From Negaprion brevirostris (lineage: Eukaryota): a stretch of 64,000 nt of DNA. The notes beneath the pieces were generated by a model that searched no databases, was not told the origin of the DNA, and was given only the letters and a program-made list of their open reading frames with translations. The stretch is from the NCBI GenBank assembly GCA_030324005.1, contig JARDVH010000059.1, positions 62,294,501 to 62,358,500 of the forward strand, given 5' to 3'. Made by a program: the position numbers and the translations under genes. Of the stretch, positions 50,616 through 63,922 are shown one piece after another (position 1 is the first letter of the stretch; each line of letters starts with the position of its first letter).

Positions 50616-51519
50616 TTGGAAGCTTCAGGGGTGGAGGAAGCACATCAGGGTACTCTGCATCTGCAGTATTTTGCTTTTAGTGTACTGTGATATACGTATA
50701 ACTCTGCAAATCACTATTGTGGCTATTAGGAATCTAACTTTAACTTTATCTTGTTTAGCGGCTAACAGTAGCTCCATTTGGAAAGAAAAGGTTCTCATTT
50801 GGTCATTTCTTTTAAATTTCAATGATATCTAAACAAGAGTAAGTTTGTACATTTGATTCCATTGTCCTCATTACTAGAAATGGGGGAAAAAAATGGACAG
50901 GATTGTGACCGTTGCTTATTATCTATCTCCCAAAAGAACTCCTGACCTTTTGAGCTGTGGTTGACTGTCAATCTTCAGTATCTGCTCATGCATGAAGAAT
51001 CAGCACTTAAGGTGCTGGAAGCTTCTGTGAAACACATATCCTGTCTTCAGGATGACTAGTGGGAAGAATTAAAGAGAAAATAAATTCTTAAATTTGATGT
51101 GGATAAAATTGATATTGGGTACAGATACATAAATAGGAGTTTTTTAGTAAAGGAATGTCAGTGTAAGACCTTCATGGTGGGTGGAGGGTTAAAAAGAAAG
51201 TATGTGAAGCTAAAACTTGAGAGAAGCTTGAAACCAAAAATAAATTCATATAAAATTGAAAATTGAAATCACAAATGTATATGATAAAGTCAAGAGTTGC
51301 ATCGCCATGCGGTTTCTGCACCACACCTGAGAAAGGAACTTCTGAGAATTCTGGTTTGAGAAGATAACTTCAATCAAAAATTCATACCAGAACTATGAAA
51401 TCAATCTCGAAACTTCAAGTTCGTTTGTTCATTCAGGCCCTATGTATGAATGACTAGGCAGTCATATTGAAAAGCACAGAATCCTAAAAATGTGATTCAG
51501 TATCTTTTTACATGAAAGT

Positions 51520-52029
51520 GGGCAGAATCTTATCAAAAAATGGCAGACTGTTGGCTCGAATGAGAAAAGCGGCACATTTCTCTCCAGACAAACATGCCTT
51601 TTTTTTTCTCCAGATCTTGCACAAACTGCCACAAAAAAAACACCTGGGTGTGTTTCATGCCATCTTGAGGGGTGCGGCCATCTCACACCAGCAAAGCCTG
51701 GCTGCATTGAGGTCAGGGTGCCATGTTTACAGGGTGCCCTGATCAGAGCAAACAATGACTTTAACCCAAACTCCCTGCTCACCTGATTGGAGCTCGCCCA
51801 CCAGCACAAATAAAAAATAGTTTCCCCTCTCACACGTGGCTCCCACTGGGGTCCATCCCTGGCACGTGCATGTTAAACAGATATAAACCTGATTACGTAA
51901 CCAACAAGGGGCAGCGAAAATTGGAATTCACGATCTCGCTAGTAAAGTCACAACTTTCAGGGTTTTGCCAAATTTTGAGATTCCCCTTCCATTACCACAG
52001 ATGGTGAACATAGGCTCAAGATTGCACCC
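51520..52029. mobile_element. PIF/Harbinger-like MITE
   Basis: Imperfect TIRs GGGCAGAATCTT ... AAGATTGCACCC and a 3-bp TSD AGT (51517-51519, 52030-52032). Confidence 0.65.
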
Positions 52030-52419
52030 AGTGATGGTTAAATTAGTCAGTTGGGTTTGAAACCTGGCTTGGAAATGGGGAGCCAAAGATGATACTTGGG
52101 AAAGGTTTGTGGAGTTGGGGAAGAAAGAGAAAGCTATAAAGTGTTCTACAGTCATTTATTCTGGAACCCCTGTTTACACTATGCCAAGTTGTGTCACCAA
52201 GTAAAAACCCAGAGGGGATAAGGCAATCTGAACTGTCCAGATCAATTAGCTTGGTGGGCTAAGTAATGGTGAATGAATAAAAGGCTCAGGCAAAACTTGA
52301 CTCATTACTTTGAAATTCAGAAAGACAAAGCTATAATCAATCCAACTGATGGAGCATCAAGCTGGAGGTCAGGTTGAAAACAGTGTGGTTTGCTTTACTA
52401 TTTGTAGGATAATATATAT

Positions 52420-53085
52420 TAATGTGCAGAAGAAGGCTATTTGACCCATGGTGTCAGTACTTTTCTTAAACTGTAGTTTTCTTTTCCAACCCCATTTCTT
52501 GTTCTTTCCCCTTTTTCCATTCTTCCATTGTCCTTTTAATTATACAGTCTCTGCCTCTAGCCAATGTGGCAAAATATAATATTCAAAGAACTTGTGTTTG
52601 GAAAGAAATGTTTCCGACTGTTCTTCCTCTATTACCAATACATGAATCTGTATCTGTTTGGATTTGCTAATCATATGGAACAATGTGAAAAAAACTGTTA
52701 GATCCCCTATAACCTTGCAATGAAAATCTCAAATTTTCCATACCTTTCCTCCATAAATATAACCCCTCATTTGTGCTTTTATTTTAGTGAATCTTTGCTG
52801 TTTGCTTTCACTTGGAGTGATATCTGTCTTGCAATGAGGTGCCCAAAACTGCATGTATTATTCCAAATATAGTTGACTAACCTTCTGAGTAAATTTGACA
52901 TCACCTATAACTTTAAAATCCAATGTTTCTATGTCAATCATAAAATCTCATTTGTCTTTCTCATGGTCTTTCTTACCTACAGTCCTGCCTTCGAAGATTG
53001 TTTCCGTACCATAGATTTCAGTTCTCCTTTCACTCCATTAAGAGCCTTATGTTTTAGGATGTATTTAGTTTGTCCTGTTCCTTTA
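52420..53085 (-). mobile_element. Old CR1 LINE 3' fragment
   Basis: gtgcagaagaaggctatttgaccc tail; gcccaaaactgcatgtattattccaa (LEYxxQFWA on the minus strand). Confidence 0.6.
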
Positions 53086-53199
53086 CCAAATTATAGGTGA
53101 AATAAGGGTACTTTTGAATTTTCCTGACTAAGTAATGGCATAGAAAGTTTATAACTAAATTCAGGCTTTTTTTGTTGCTATTTGTCTGTTCCACTTTTG

Positions 53200-54500
53200 T
53201 TAAGATGTGGATCTTTGGTTTCTTGCAGCTTACCATCACCCTTAAGATTAGCATTTTAAACTTAAATAAGGGCAACTTTGTGCTCGTGAAAGCTGAGTTA
53301 ACTGAAAATGAACTGGGATACTGGACTACTGGATACATCCGTAGAGAAGCAGCTGCAGACATTTAAGGAGATATTTCAGAATAAGTATTTTCTACTATAA
53401 AGAAAAATTTGAAAGGTAGGGCCCACAATCTGTGGTTAACCAAAAAAGTCAGGGGAAAGCATCAAACTTAAGGAAATGACACTCCACTGCACAAAGATGA
53501 GCAGCAGGTCAGATGATTGATGAAAATATAAAGAACAGCAGAAAATGACTGAAAGGTTAATCAGGAGGAAGAAATTTAAAGACAAAGAGCAATGGTTATA
53601 CAGGTAGTTAAACAGGATAAGAGTTAGTAAAGTATGTGTTGGTCCTCTAGGGGGTGAAAATGAGGAGTTAGTTGAGGTTAGTAAGGAAATGGCAGATGGA
53701 ATGGACAAAGATTTCCTCTGTCTTCATCTTAGAGGATACAAAAAACATTCCAGGCATAGCTGTAAATCAGGAAGTCTCTTGGGGCCTCAATGTTTTACAA
53801 TTTACATCAATAACTTAGATAAGGGGAGCAAAGGCATGATAGCTAAATTTGCAGGTGACACTCATGTCTGTTATGAGGAGAAAATGAGTTTGTAGATGGA
53901 TATAGATGGGTTAAGGCAAAAATCTGACAGACGAAGTATAGCGTGGGAAAATGTTTGTTGGTCCTTTGGAAGCAGAGGCTAGAGAAATTATCACAGGGAA
54001 TGAGGAAATGGAGGAGCTATTGAATACGCATTATATGTCTGTTTTCACAGTAGAAGACACAAGTTTGATACCAGCATTAGACTGTAATATTGGGGTTATA
54101 AAGTAAGGAAATTAGGCAATTTAATATTAGCAGAAATAAAATATTGGAAAAATTTGAGGGACTAAAATTTGACAAACCCTCAGTAATTGAGTGCTCTAAA
54201 AGAGACAGCTGTAGAGTTAGTGAATGTGCTAGCTATGATTTTCCAAATGTACTTAGATTCAGGAATAATTCTAACTAGATTATAAATTGGGGAATGCAAC
54301 ACTGCTTTTGGAGGGAGGGAGAAAACTCTGAACTACAGGCCAATTAACCAGTCATGCTGAAATTAGACTTGCATCTTCTACTGTGAAAACAGACACAAAA
54401 TATTTGTTCAATACCTCCACAATTCCCTGTGATAATTTCTCCAGTCTCTGTTTCCAAGGGACCAACATTTACTTTAGATACTGTCTTCGCTGATATACTT
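53200..54500 (+). mobile_element. Mosaic of CR1 LINE ORF2 fragments
   Basis: LNLNKGNF; SLLGPQCFTIYINNLDKG..IAKFAGDT; last ~130 nt is a reverse-strand piece. Confidence 0.75.
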
Positions 54501-55074
54501 GTAAACACTCATTCATTCTCTACCACCCCCCTTTTTTTTATCAAGCTTTGAAGCTGTACTTAGCTGATGCCTATAATTATATGTAAAGGTCATTGGATAC
54601 TGATCAGGAGTGCTATTTTTGGATCATCTCTAACACAAGATACTAATGACAATTGTATCTGTCCTGGCTGAAATCTCCGTTAACTCAACATAGACTGTAA
54701 ATCAAATAAGAAACCTCTTGGTCTACAGCAAATGCAGACATTTCACTCAGCTGGCTAAGAGGGAAATGATAGTTAATTTTAATATTTTCCTCATCAACTT
54801 TTATACAGGGGAGGAAAATTATCTTTAAATTCACAACTATGTGCAAAGATGTGGACACTTAAGGGGTTGAATTGAAATAGCCACTATTTAAGTGGATATT
54901 TAAACGTGTCTAATTGAGCCAAATTGATGCTGTTTGTTCTATGCTTTACAAGAATATTGGCAGTTTGTTCAACTATGGAACGATTGATGTGCTTGTAGCA
55001 GAATTCAATACAACGCCAGCATTCTCATGAATGGGAGTTATTCTCAAGTGCAGGGACTACTGAGGGCTTTTGGA

Positions 55075-55430
55075 TCTTTTTTATGAATGCTTCCATGGGG
55101 TATGAACGTCACTGGCAAAGCCAGCATTTCTTGCTCATCCTTTTATTGCCATTGAATTGAGTAGTAAGCTCAGCCGTTTAAGAGTCAACCACAATGCTCC
55201 ATATCTGGAGTTATATGTAGGCCAGACCAGGTAAAGATGACAGATTTTCTTCCATAAAGGACATTGGTGAATGAGGTGGATTTTTAATGACAATCAGTGA
55301 TAGTTCCACCATTGTTGAGAGTAGCTTTCAATCCCAGTTTTGTAAATTAATTGTATTTAAGTTCCACCAGCGACCAGGGCAGGATTTGAACCTATGTCCC
55401 TATAGTATTAACCTGGGCCTCTGGATTTTT
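55075..55430 (-). mobile_element. tRNA-derived SINE
   Basis: Same family as 21270 and 25710 (gtaggccagaccaggtaaagatgacagattt; ggatttgaacc). Confidence 0.75.
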
Positions 55431-57237
55431 AAAATTGACCAAGGGAGGTGGCCTAACGTGCTTCACCTTAAGGAGCCTTAGTTTTGTCTATTAATGTTGA
55501 GATTCAATTTCAGGATTCAATTCATTTTCCTACTATAATGTCATGTAGGAGAAGTCCATTGCAACTATACAACGTTGGCAATCTGGTTACAAATGTAGCA
55601 ACATTTCCCCATCATCTCAGCAGTGGATTTGAATCATTGGATTTTGACTTTTGGGAAATTAATGGATTGGGCTTTTCTTCTTTTCAGCCTAGGCCATAAT
55701 TCTGTTTCTGATGGCTATAAAGCTGTGGATTTCAAACTTTCCTTTTGTTGTGATCCATAGCAACTATTGTTAAATTTTTAGGAACCCCTAAAATTGTCTT
55801 CCCCCCCCTTCCAACTTGTGAAAGAACATGAATAAGAAAACCATGCTGTTACTGCAGAAATATTTATATCGAGTTGTCAGGCATATAATGCATTTTCTGT
55901 TCACGGCGTTTAAGAGAACCCAATTAATGTATCATTATCAAAGCATGTTCAGTTGAATGAACTTTGTGAAAAAATCCCAACAAATTACAAACTTCACAAC
56001 ATTAAATTTGACCAGTAAATTATTATTGTGATTTGTAATACTAACATTTAAAGCCTTTACCTAAAGGCTTTGTATCCTCCCAAAAGTTTGGGCTTGATAT
56101 TTTGCCCAGAGGTGGAGGTATTATTAATTCAACACAGATCATGCAATCTAAGCATGTAGCATGAATCAGTAGAATTTAAATCAGCCAAAAGATAAAATAC
56201 TTTTTACTCTACTGATTGCATATTTTGGTTGAAGGGAATCTGCAGCCTCTCTTTACTTCCCAGACCTAATGGACAGTGAGATGATATTGCCTATATAATG
56301 AAGCAAACATATATAAATAAAGCGATTGATTTTGTTTCCAAGTACATATTGATATAAACATGGATTTTTTTCTCTAAATACCATTGATGTGTCATAATTA
56401 CTGAAACGAATGATGGCCTTATGATGAATTACATGGAATGAAACAGCAGATCATCTGATTAGTTTATAAAGAAATACAAAAAAATCTAATTTTGAACTGA
56501 GAAATCTGGAAAACATACAATATTGAATAATACTTTAAGTTTGGAAGAGACAGAATTGTCTCATGCAATGATTCCTGATGGAGCAGTGCATTCAATAACA
56601 AAACAACCTATGAAATTTGAGGCTTAAACAGGAAGAAAATAAAATTAGTTTTGAGCAAGAGCTGTTTGATCTCCTGTATTTATTTAGGTATCCCTGAGAT
56701 GTGTTGATGCGTGCTGCTGTCATACCTTGCATGCTTTAGGACATTTCTCCCATTCAATCAGTAATCTAGTTATGCTAGAGGTAAAGAGAAAGCTTTCCCA
56801 TTCATCAATTGTAGCTACAGTTGTGATCTGGTTACCTTGTGCAATTGAATTGTTTGGGATTATCCTGCTTTTTGCTTTGTGATTAGCTTGAAGCAACAGT
56901 GCAATGTAAGTTTCAGCACCATTTGCCCATGAAATATACATTTTGAGGATATTCTGTCCCTTCAAATCTTCAAAACTGGCTATGTTGAAGAGTTTAGTGA
57001 TGGTATTAATTTTTAAAGCACTTGTTTTCAAAAGCAAAATGGATCTTACGGAAGTGTTATAAATGCAGTTTCTTTGAATGTTTAGAGCTTAAGACAACAT
57101 ACTTGATATATTTGCTGGAAGTTTATTCTTGTGTTTAGAAAACCCATTTGCTGACTTATACTCAAAATATTGAATAAATGATGTATATGTAAAGTAGTTG
57201 AATAATCCTAAATGGATTTTGCTGTTTTTCGAAATAG

Positions 57238-57375
57238 CCAATAACCCATTATTTGGTGAAGTGGTGTTCTCTTCCGTATGAAGAAAGCACTTGGGAGTTG
57301 AAACCAGACACAGACCAAGTCAAGATTGAAGAATTTCACCAATTACAGTCTATGAAACCAAGAACAGAGCATACG
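57238..57375 (+). CDS. CHD7: CHD7 coding exon (exon 10 equivalent), 138 nt, chromodomain 2
   Basis: gaaatag|CCA ATA...CAT ACG|gtaaga; [46 protein letters not shown]. Confidence 0.97.
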
Positions 57376-57799
57376 GTAAGAGCATAATTCTGTGCTTGAG
57401 TTTCAGACTGAGAGAAAGTAAAAAGGGCAGATTGGGATGACTCATGGAGCGTCTGAAAGAAGGCCAACAGTCAAGATAATGGGAAATACAACAGACGTTT
57501 CCAAGCAATTAAAAGCAAAGTTAATCTCAAAATTGATGGCCACCTATGTCCGTGGTACCATCCTGCATTTGAGTGAGACAGTGATTGAAATACTGAAGTA
57601 CTTTGCATAGTTCTTATAGGTGTAAATTGGATGGATGAATTACTCAATGGATGTGGAAGAATCACTACTGGAGACAAATATTTGAAAGGAAACTGTTCTA
57701 AAAATAGTTAATAGGATTGGAAGAAGAAGAAAAGTTACAAGGCTTCAATCGCAAGTATTCCATATTGAAGGTTAGGAAAGGATAGCAAAACCACTGAAG

Positions 57800-58265
57800 A
57801 ATCTTTGGAAATGAGAATTGTGCCAAAGGTTTGAGGATTGTAATATTGTACTTCTCAAAAAGAGAAAAGGGTTTAAATAGGAAATTATATGCCAATTAAT
57901 TTTCATAGTAACTTCATTGCAGTGTTAATGTAAGCCTACTTGTGACCAATAAGACTCATAAATAAACTTTAAAACTTAAGTTTTAACTTTAAATTAGTCT
58001 TGCCGTCATTGTGGGTAAATTTGTATTGAGCTAATCATGGTGTGGATTTGTAAAGGGCAGATTGTGCTTGACTATTCTAATTGAATTTCTTGAGGAAATT
58101 GGAAAGGAAATTAAGTGAATGTTGTATATGAATTTTCAGGATGCGTTTGTTAAGATGCCAGATAAGAGACTAGTGCCAATTAAATCATATGGCGATGCAT
58201 TTGTATGACTAAGGAGCAGAATGTAAAAAATAAAGATGAATGCATCTTGTTGGGATTGGTAGAAT
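57800..58265 (+). mobile_element. Old CR1 RT fragment with a short inserted tail (~57900-57970)
   Basis: ggaaattatatgcca, ggatttgtaaagggcagattgtgcttgact, ttttcaggatgcgtttgttaag (NYRP, GFxKGRSCLT, FxKAFDK remnants). Confidence 0.6.
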
Positions 58266-59159
58266 TTGTACTTGGGCTTGTTTTTCCATTTGCAGTTGAA
58301 CCTCTAATTTGTGATCTTCCTTCTGAGGTACCTTTTGTCAAACAAGTATGTAAATTTGGCTGCTGAGATTCTCTAATGATTAACCTCAACGGAAACATTG
58401 TCCACTTAATTCAGGCAGCACCCAGATTCTACGCACAATTAACAGTCCTGCATAAGAGAGCAGGAGCAGAATGAACGGGTGAGGTTGTTAAAACAATTGT
58501 GCGCAGCACTGCTGAAAATTCACCTGGGCTACCAGACTTAGTACTGTATTCCATATCATCTACAATTGACATACTTTGTAACTGACTTTCTGTCTGAAAG
58601 AAATTTCTGGAGCTGCTGCATCCAAGCACAGGTTCAATGTCAAACTGCTTCCATCTGCTGTGCTTCTAGTTGTATTTGTATTTATAATTACATGCATTCC
58701 ATAAGAGTAGCATAGGAACATAATGTCATTTAGAACAACACAGCAATATGATGAATCATGCTGATTCACTCTGGAGTTCAAGCATAAATCACCTCCACTA
58801 GACAAAAGTGTTCTATTGTAGAAGTTCTGAATCAGAAACAAGAACATTTCGTAAAGTTAGTAAATAGCAAAAGAGGACCTAGCATATTGTTTAAGAAAGC
58901 GCAGTAGATTATTTATGATAGTACCTTGGAAACAACAACCAACTATTAAAAATCCATTTTTTTTACGATCACACTTTCTTGGTCGAACAGGTGATCATAA
59001 AAGACAACTTTAAATCTGCATTATAGGGGGAAAAAATGCTAGCGGTCAATTCTTAAGAATTGAAGAATAAAGAAATATGGGATTTCAGAATACTAAGAAA
59101 TTCAGTTATAGAATGCCATTAGAAAGAAATCAAAAGTGTTTTTTTAAGAGATACAAGTA

Positions 59160-59275
59160 AAGAATGTGAGGTTGTCCACTTTGGTAGGAATAATGGTGGG
59201 AAGGACTATTACTTACGTGGCAAAAAACTGCAGCATGCGACGGTGCAGAGGGACCTCGGGGTCCTTGTGCATGAG
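59160..59275 (+). mobile_element. Young CR1 fragment running into a gap
   Basis: CEVVHFGRNN..QRDLGVLVHE. Confidence 0.8.
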
Positions 59276-59726
59276 NNNNNNNNNNNNNNNNNNNNNNNNN
59301 NNNNNNNNNNNNNNNNNNNNNNNNNNNNNNNNNNNNNNNNNNNNNNNNNNNNNNNNNNNNNNNNNNNNNNNNNNNNNNNNNNNNNNNNNNNNNNNNNNNN
59401 NNNNNNNNNNNNNNNNNNNNNNNNNNNNNNNNNNNNNNNNNNNNNNNNNNNNNNNNNNNNNNNCAAACGAAATTGAGAAATATTTCATCAACGTTCAATG
59501 CAGTTGTAGAACGAGTGGCTAGGAAAGCACACAGAAATAGGCAGCATACCTGGATTCAGGAATTAAGTGGATCTGTTTATAGAACAGATTGAGAAGCATT
59601 GAGAAGTTGGGTAACATTGACTGAGGTAAAAGTGACAATTACTTGAATTAAATACCTTGTCCAATCAATATACATTCTTGTGTTCTTACATACTGAAGCG
59701 TGGGTTTTCCCTCAGCTGCTAAATAT

Positions 59727-60079
59727 TGTGCTGAACCAAGCTAAGCACACAGACTCGCGATAGTGTACTGGTTAAAGATGTATTTATTAACGAACACGTG
59801 CTGGGAAGAGGGCAGCTGGACACACCAACTCCTTTCTAAAGTTTACAACATAATGACGAAATGGTTATACATTTTCAAAAATTCAGTTCTCCTGCCTACT
59901 CTCTCATCCGAACTGGATGTTCCAATCGCATTAGTACACGTTATTTGGCCAATTGCAATCTACCTGTTAGCAGAATTAGGAATTCATTGGTCTAGAGGAC
60001 CCAGAAGTTCCTACTGACTGTTGCTAAACAACCTCGCTTACGTTAATCCGTAAGGTTCAAAGGTTGCTTTTTCACCATA
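59727..60079 (-). mobile_element. Possible solo LTR or other young insertion
   Basis: TGTGCTGAA...TTCACCATA imperfect inverted ends, reverse AATAAA near 59783, many intact CpGs; no TSD seen. Confidence 0.4.
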
Positions 60080-60544
60080 AGCCAGAGTTGAGAAGGTGGT
60101 GTTCCCACTGTCTCATTGAGCTATGTTTTCAGTAAGAATTGAATATTTTTATCAGTGCAATTGGATACTTTATTTATTTTTGTGAATACGTCTCTTCATT
60201 TTCTAGAGTATGAGAATTTGAACTCTCCATGACTTTTGAACGTGGCTTGTCTAATTTATTCTTCCCATTATGTTTCAGGGATAGTTTGCATTTTGGCCAA
60301 GGTGCACAATACATTCAAAAATACTTGTTTAAATCTAAAATCTATGTTTAATTTCCATAGCAGTATTTATCTGAGTCTCTATGCAATTAGTACCTTGGTA
60401 TATAATAAGTATGAGGCACATTGCAGTCCTTATTCTAAGTTAATTTTCCCTGTTTAGTAATGTATTTAGTTTTTAAAATCCCAGGGTTTTATGAACCTCT
60501 CTAATATATATCTATGGTTTTGTTAATATTGATTTTATCAACAG

Positions 60545-60666
60545 GAACGACCGCATGCAGAATTCTGGACAAAATTGGAACATTCGAGGGATTATAAAAA
60601 TGGTAATCAACTCAGGGAATATCAACTGGAGGGCGTAAATTGGCTACTCTTCAATTGGTACAACAG
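60545..60666 (+). CDS. CHD7: CHD7 coding exon (exon 11 equivalent), 122 nt, SNF2 Q-motif region
   Basis: tcaacag|GAA CGA...AAC AG|gtaggt; [40 protein letters not shown](S). Confidence 0.97.
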
Positions 60667-60959
60667 GTAGGTTAATGTGTTTCCAAAATAGTTTGGAGTA
60701 ATGGACAATACTCATTTCCTAGTCCATGTGTAAAACCATTTTTATATTGGTTTTATTTATTTACAGATTTTGCGAGGCTGGCACCAGTGAGCCAGTTCCT
60801 CAATGCAGCAGCATGTTCATTAGACAATGAAAGGCTAGTTTTCAGTAGTGCTATCTGAATTTGAATCAAATTCACTAGTTTAAAGCTTATTCACAGATGT
60901 TAAATCCAGAATCTGATGCAATTAATACCAGATTAGAAGCTTAGCAACTTGAATTTGTG

Positions 60960-61140
60960 TAGCACTTTTAACTGAGAAATGTCCCATGGCCCTTCACAGG
61001 AATGCAATTGAACAAAAATTAACACCGAGCCAAAGATAGAGACAATTGAAACAAGTCAGTATGTGGGTTTTGAGAGGTTCTGAAAGGAGGCAAGAGAGTT
61101 AAAGTAACAGTGGTTTATGGAGGGGAATAGCATGAGCCTA
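60960..61140 (-). mobile_element. L2 3' fragment
   Basis: tagcacttttaac..gaaatgtcccatggcccttcacagg..aaattaacaccgagcca. Confidence 0.55.
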
Positions 61141-62099
61141 AAATATAGTTATAAATATGGCTTCAGTCTTTTTTAAAAAAATACGGTTATAACGGTATTT
61201 TGTAATGGTATTAATGCAATGTAAAGTGCAGGTGGGCGTTGCCCTTTGCCACCTTCATCTTGAGCATAATGATATGAGACAGGAAAAAGAAGGTGGCTTA
61301 ATCACCAAAGAATTTAATTGCTAAAATTATTGACAATTGCTTTTTGGACGATCAGATGCTATCTGAAGTACTTAACATGTTTAAGTTTTTACAGGTCAAT
61401 TTTAGCTAGTTCTCATCTTTGGTGTTTTAAAGAACTGAAATGGTAAAACATTTGTCCTATTTAAAATTGCACCTGCAACAAGAAAAAGAGCATAAATTTC
61501 TTGGAAGTAAAAATGCAATGTAACTTAGATTATATAGTGAAAAAGAATAAGGGATGTCAACAGATTGCTTAGTTTTATAAGAAGTGTAATATGAGGGACT
61601 TTTAGCTTTCCATTGCTTATGTAGAACAGATTTTGGATCAACTTTTCTCTCTCTCCTGCTTTCTTCCCACATGTTTTAGAACTAGTTAATTCCCCTTAAG
61701 AGGGTGTTTGAAAACTGANNNNNNNNNNNGATACAGTAAATACACTGCTTTTTAATGCAAGTTGCTAATGATTCCAGAATAATTCTGGAATGCAGATAGC
61801 CCTTGGCTTGTTTTCTCCACCACAAACCATCATCTTCAACCCCTGTCCCTGCAGGAGTGAAGAGCTCATATACAGCTTTGTTGCTAAGATCAGGATGATG
61901 TGGTCAGCTGCCTATGCCAAGCTGTCTCATCTGGCCAAATCCTCCTTTGATGCTTCCCCGGCCTTGCCCTGAATTTCTATTTTTTTTGTAGTTTCCCTTC
62001 TATCTCCCCTCATTGTCCTGAGCTCAACTTTTTTCTGAACTGCACCTTGTTCTCACAATCCAGTTCACACTAAGCAGCAAATCATACCACTTCCCTTCC

Positions 62100-63000
62100 T
62101 GGTCCCCATAGCCATGGATAGTGTACGTGGTTCTGTCTCTAAGTGTGGACTCTGTCTTCTTTAAATCTGCTGTCATCATGCCTCCACAAAATAAGCAGTG
62201 CTTGATCCCACCATCCTTGTAACTACCTTCCCATGTCCAACTTCCCTTTCCTCTACAGCATCCTTGAACTGTTTTTGCCTCCTTTATCTGTTCCTATCTT
62301 TTCCACAACTTTGAGTCTCATCAATTAGGCTTTTGCCACTGGCACAGTACCAAAACCAAAACAGCTCTTAAAGTCATAAATTATATCATTTGGGGCAGTG
62401 ACAATGGTAAACTTTCCCTTTGTTTTTCTGGGCCTGTCTGCAGCCTTGAGGAGAGTTGATCACACCATCCTCTATCTGTGCTTCTCTAATGTCATCCAGC
62501 TGGGTGGGATTGCTCTTGTGTAGTTCCATTCATATCTATCCAAATGTAACCAGAGAATCACTTGCAATAACATCTCTACCCGCTCCCCACCATTACTTCT
62601 GGTGTCTGTTTTGCACCCCCCACTCCCACCCATGGCCTATCCTTGGCCCCCTTCTAATTCTTATCTACATACTGCCTCTTAATGACGACAGCTGAAGGTA
62701 CAGTGTTAGTTTTCACGTGCACCGATGCCAATTACCTCTACTTCACCACCACTTCTCTTGACGACTCCATTGTCGCTAAATTACCAAACTGCTTATCTGA
62801 CATTCAGTACCTGTTGGGCAAAGATTTCCTCTGGTTAAATGTGGGAAAACCATTGTGTTTTGGTCCCCACTCCAAACTCTGTTCCCCAGCTACTAACTCC
62901 ATTCCCCCTCCTGACAATAATCTGAGGTTAAATCAGTCTGTTCACAACCTTGGTAGCACATTTTATCCTGAAATGAACTTCTGACCTCACGTTTGTAACA
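62100..63000 (+). mobile_element. L2 LINE RT fragment
   Basis: QxGF..HST.TAL, ILGPLLILIYILPL and decayed YADDTQLY, CLSDIQ..FLWLNVGK, VHNLG. Confidence 0.85.
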
Positions 63001-63922
63001 NNNNNNNNNNNNNNNNNNNNNNNNNNNNNNNNNNNNNNNNNNNNNNNNNNNNNNNNNNNNNNNNNNNNNNNNNNNNNNNNNNNNNNNNNNNNNNNNNNNN
63101 NNNNNNNNNNNNNNNNNNNNNNNNNNNNNNNNNNNNNNNNNNNNNNNNNNNNNNNNNNNNNNNNNNNNNNNNNNNNNNNNNNNNNNNNNNNNNNNNNNNN
63201 NNNNNNNNNNNNNNNNNNNNNNNNNNNNNNNNNNNNNNNNNNNNNNNNNNNNNNNNNNNNNNNNNNNNNNNNNNNNNNNNNNNNNNNNNNNNNNNNNNNN
63301 NNNNNNNNNNNNNNNNNNNNNNNNNNNNNNNNNNNNNNNNNNNNNNNNNNNNNNNNNNNNNNNNNNNNNNNNNNNNNNNNNNNNNNNNNNNNNNNNNNNN
63401 NNNNNNNNNNNNNNNNNNNNNNNNNNNNNNNNNNNNNNNNNNNNNNNNNNNNNNNNNNNNNNNNNNNNNNNNNNNNNNNNNNNNNNNNNNNNNNNNNNNN
63501 NNNNNNNNNNNNNNNNNNNNNNNNNNNNNNNNNNNNNNNNNNNNNNNNNNNNNNNNNNNNNNNNNNNNNNNNNNNNNNNNNNNNNNNNNNNNNNNNNNNN
63601 NNNNNNNNNNNNNNNNNNNNNNNNNNNNNNNNNNNNNNNNNNNNNNNNNNNNNNNNNNNNNNNNNNNNNNNNNNNNNNNNNNNNNNNNNNNNNNNNNNNN
63701 NNNNNNNNNNNNNNNNNNNNNNNNNNNNNNNNNNNNNNNNNNNNNNNNNNNNNNNNNNNNNNNNNNNNNNNNNNNNNNNNNNNNNNNNNNNNNNNNNNNN
63801 NNNNNNNNNNNNNNNNNNNNNNNNNNNNNNNNNNNNNNNNNTACACTGTTAAGGTGGGGGGGGGGGGGTGATGTTGTAATATTACAGCTTTTGTTGTAAT
63901 GATTTATGCCTTTCTTTTTCAG

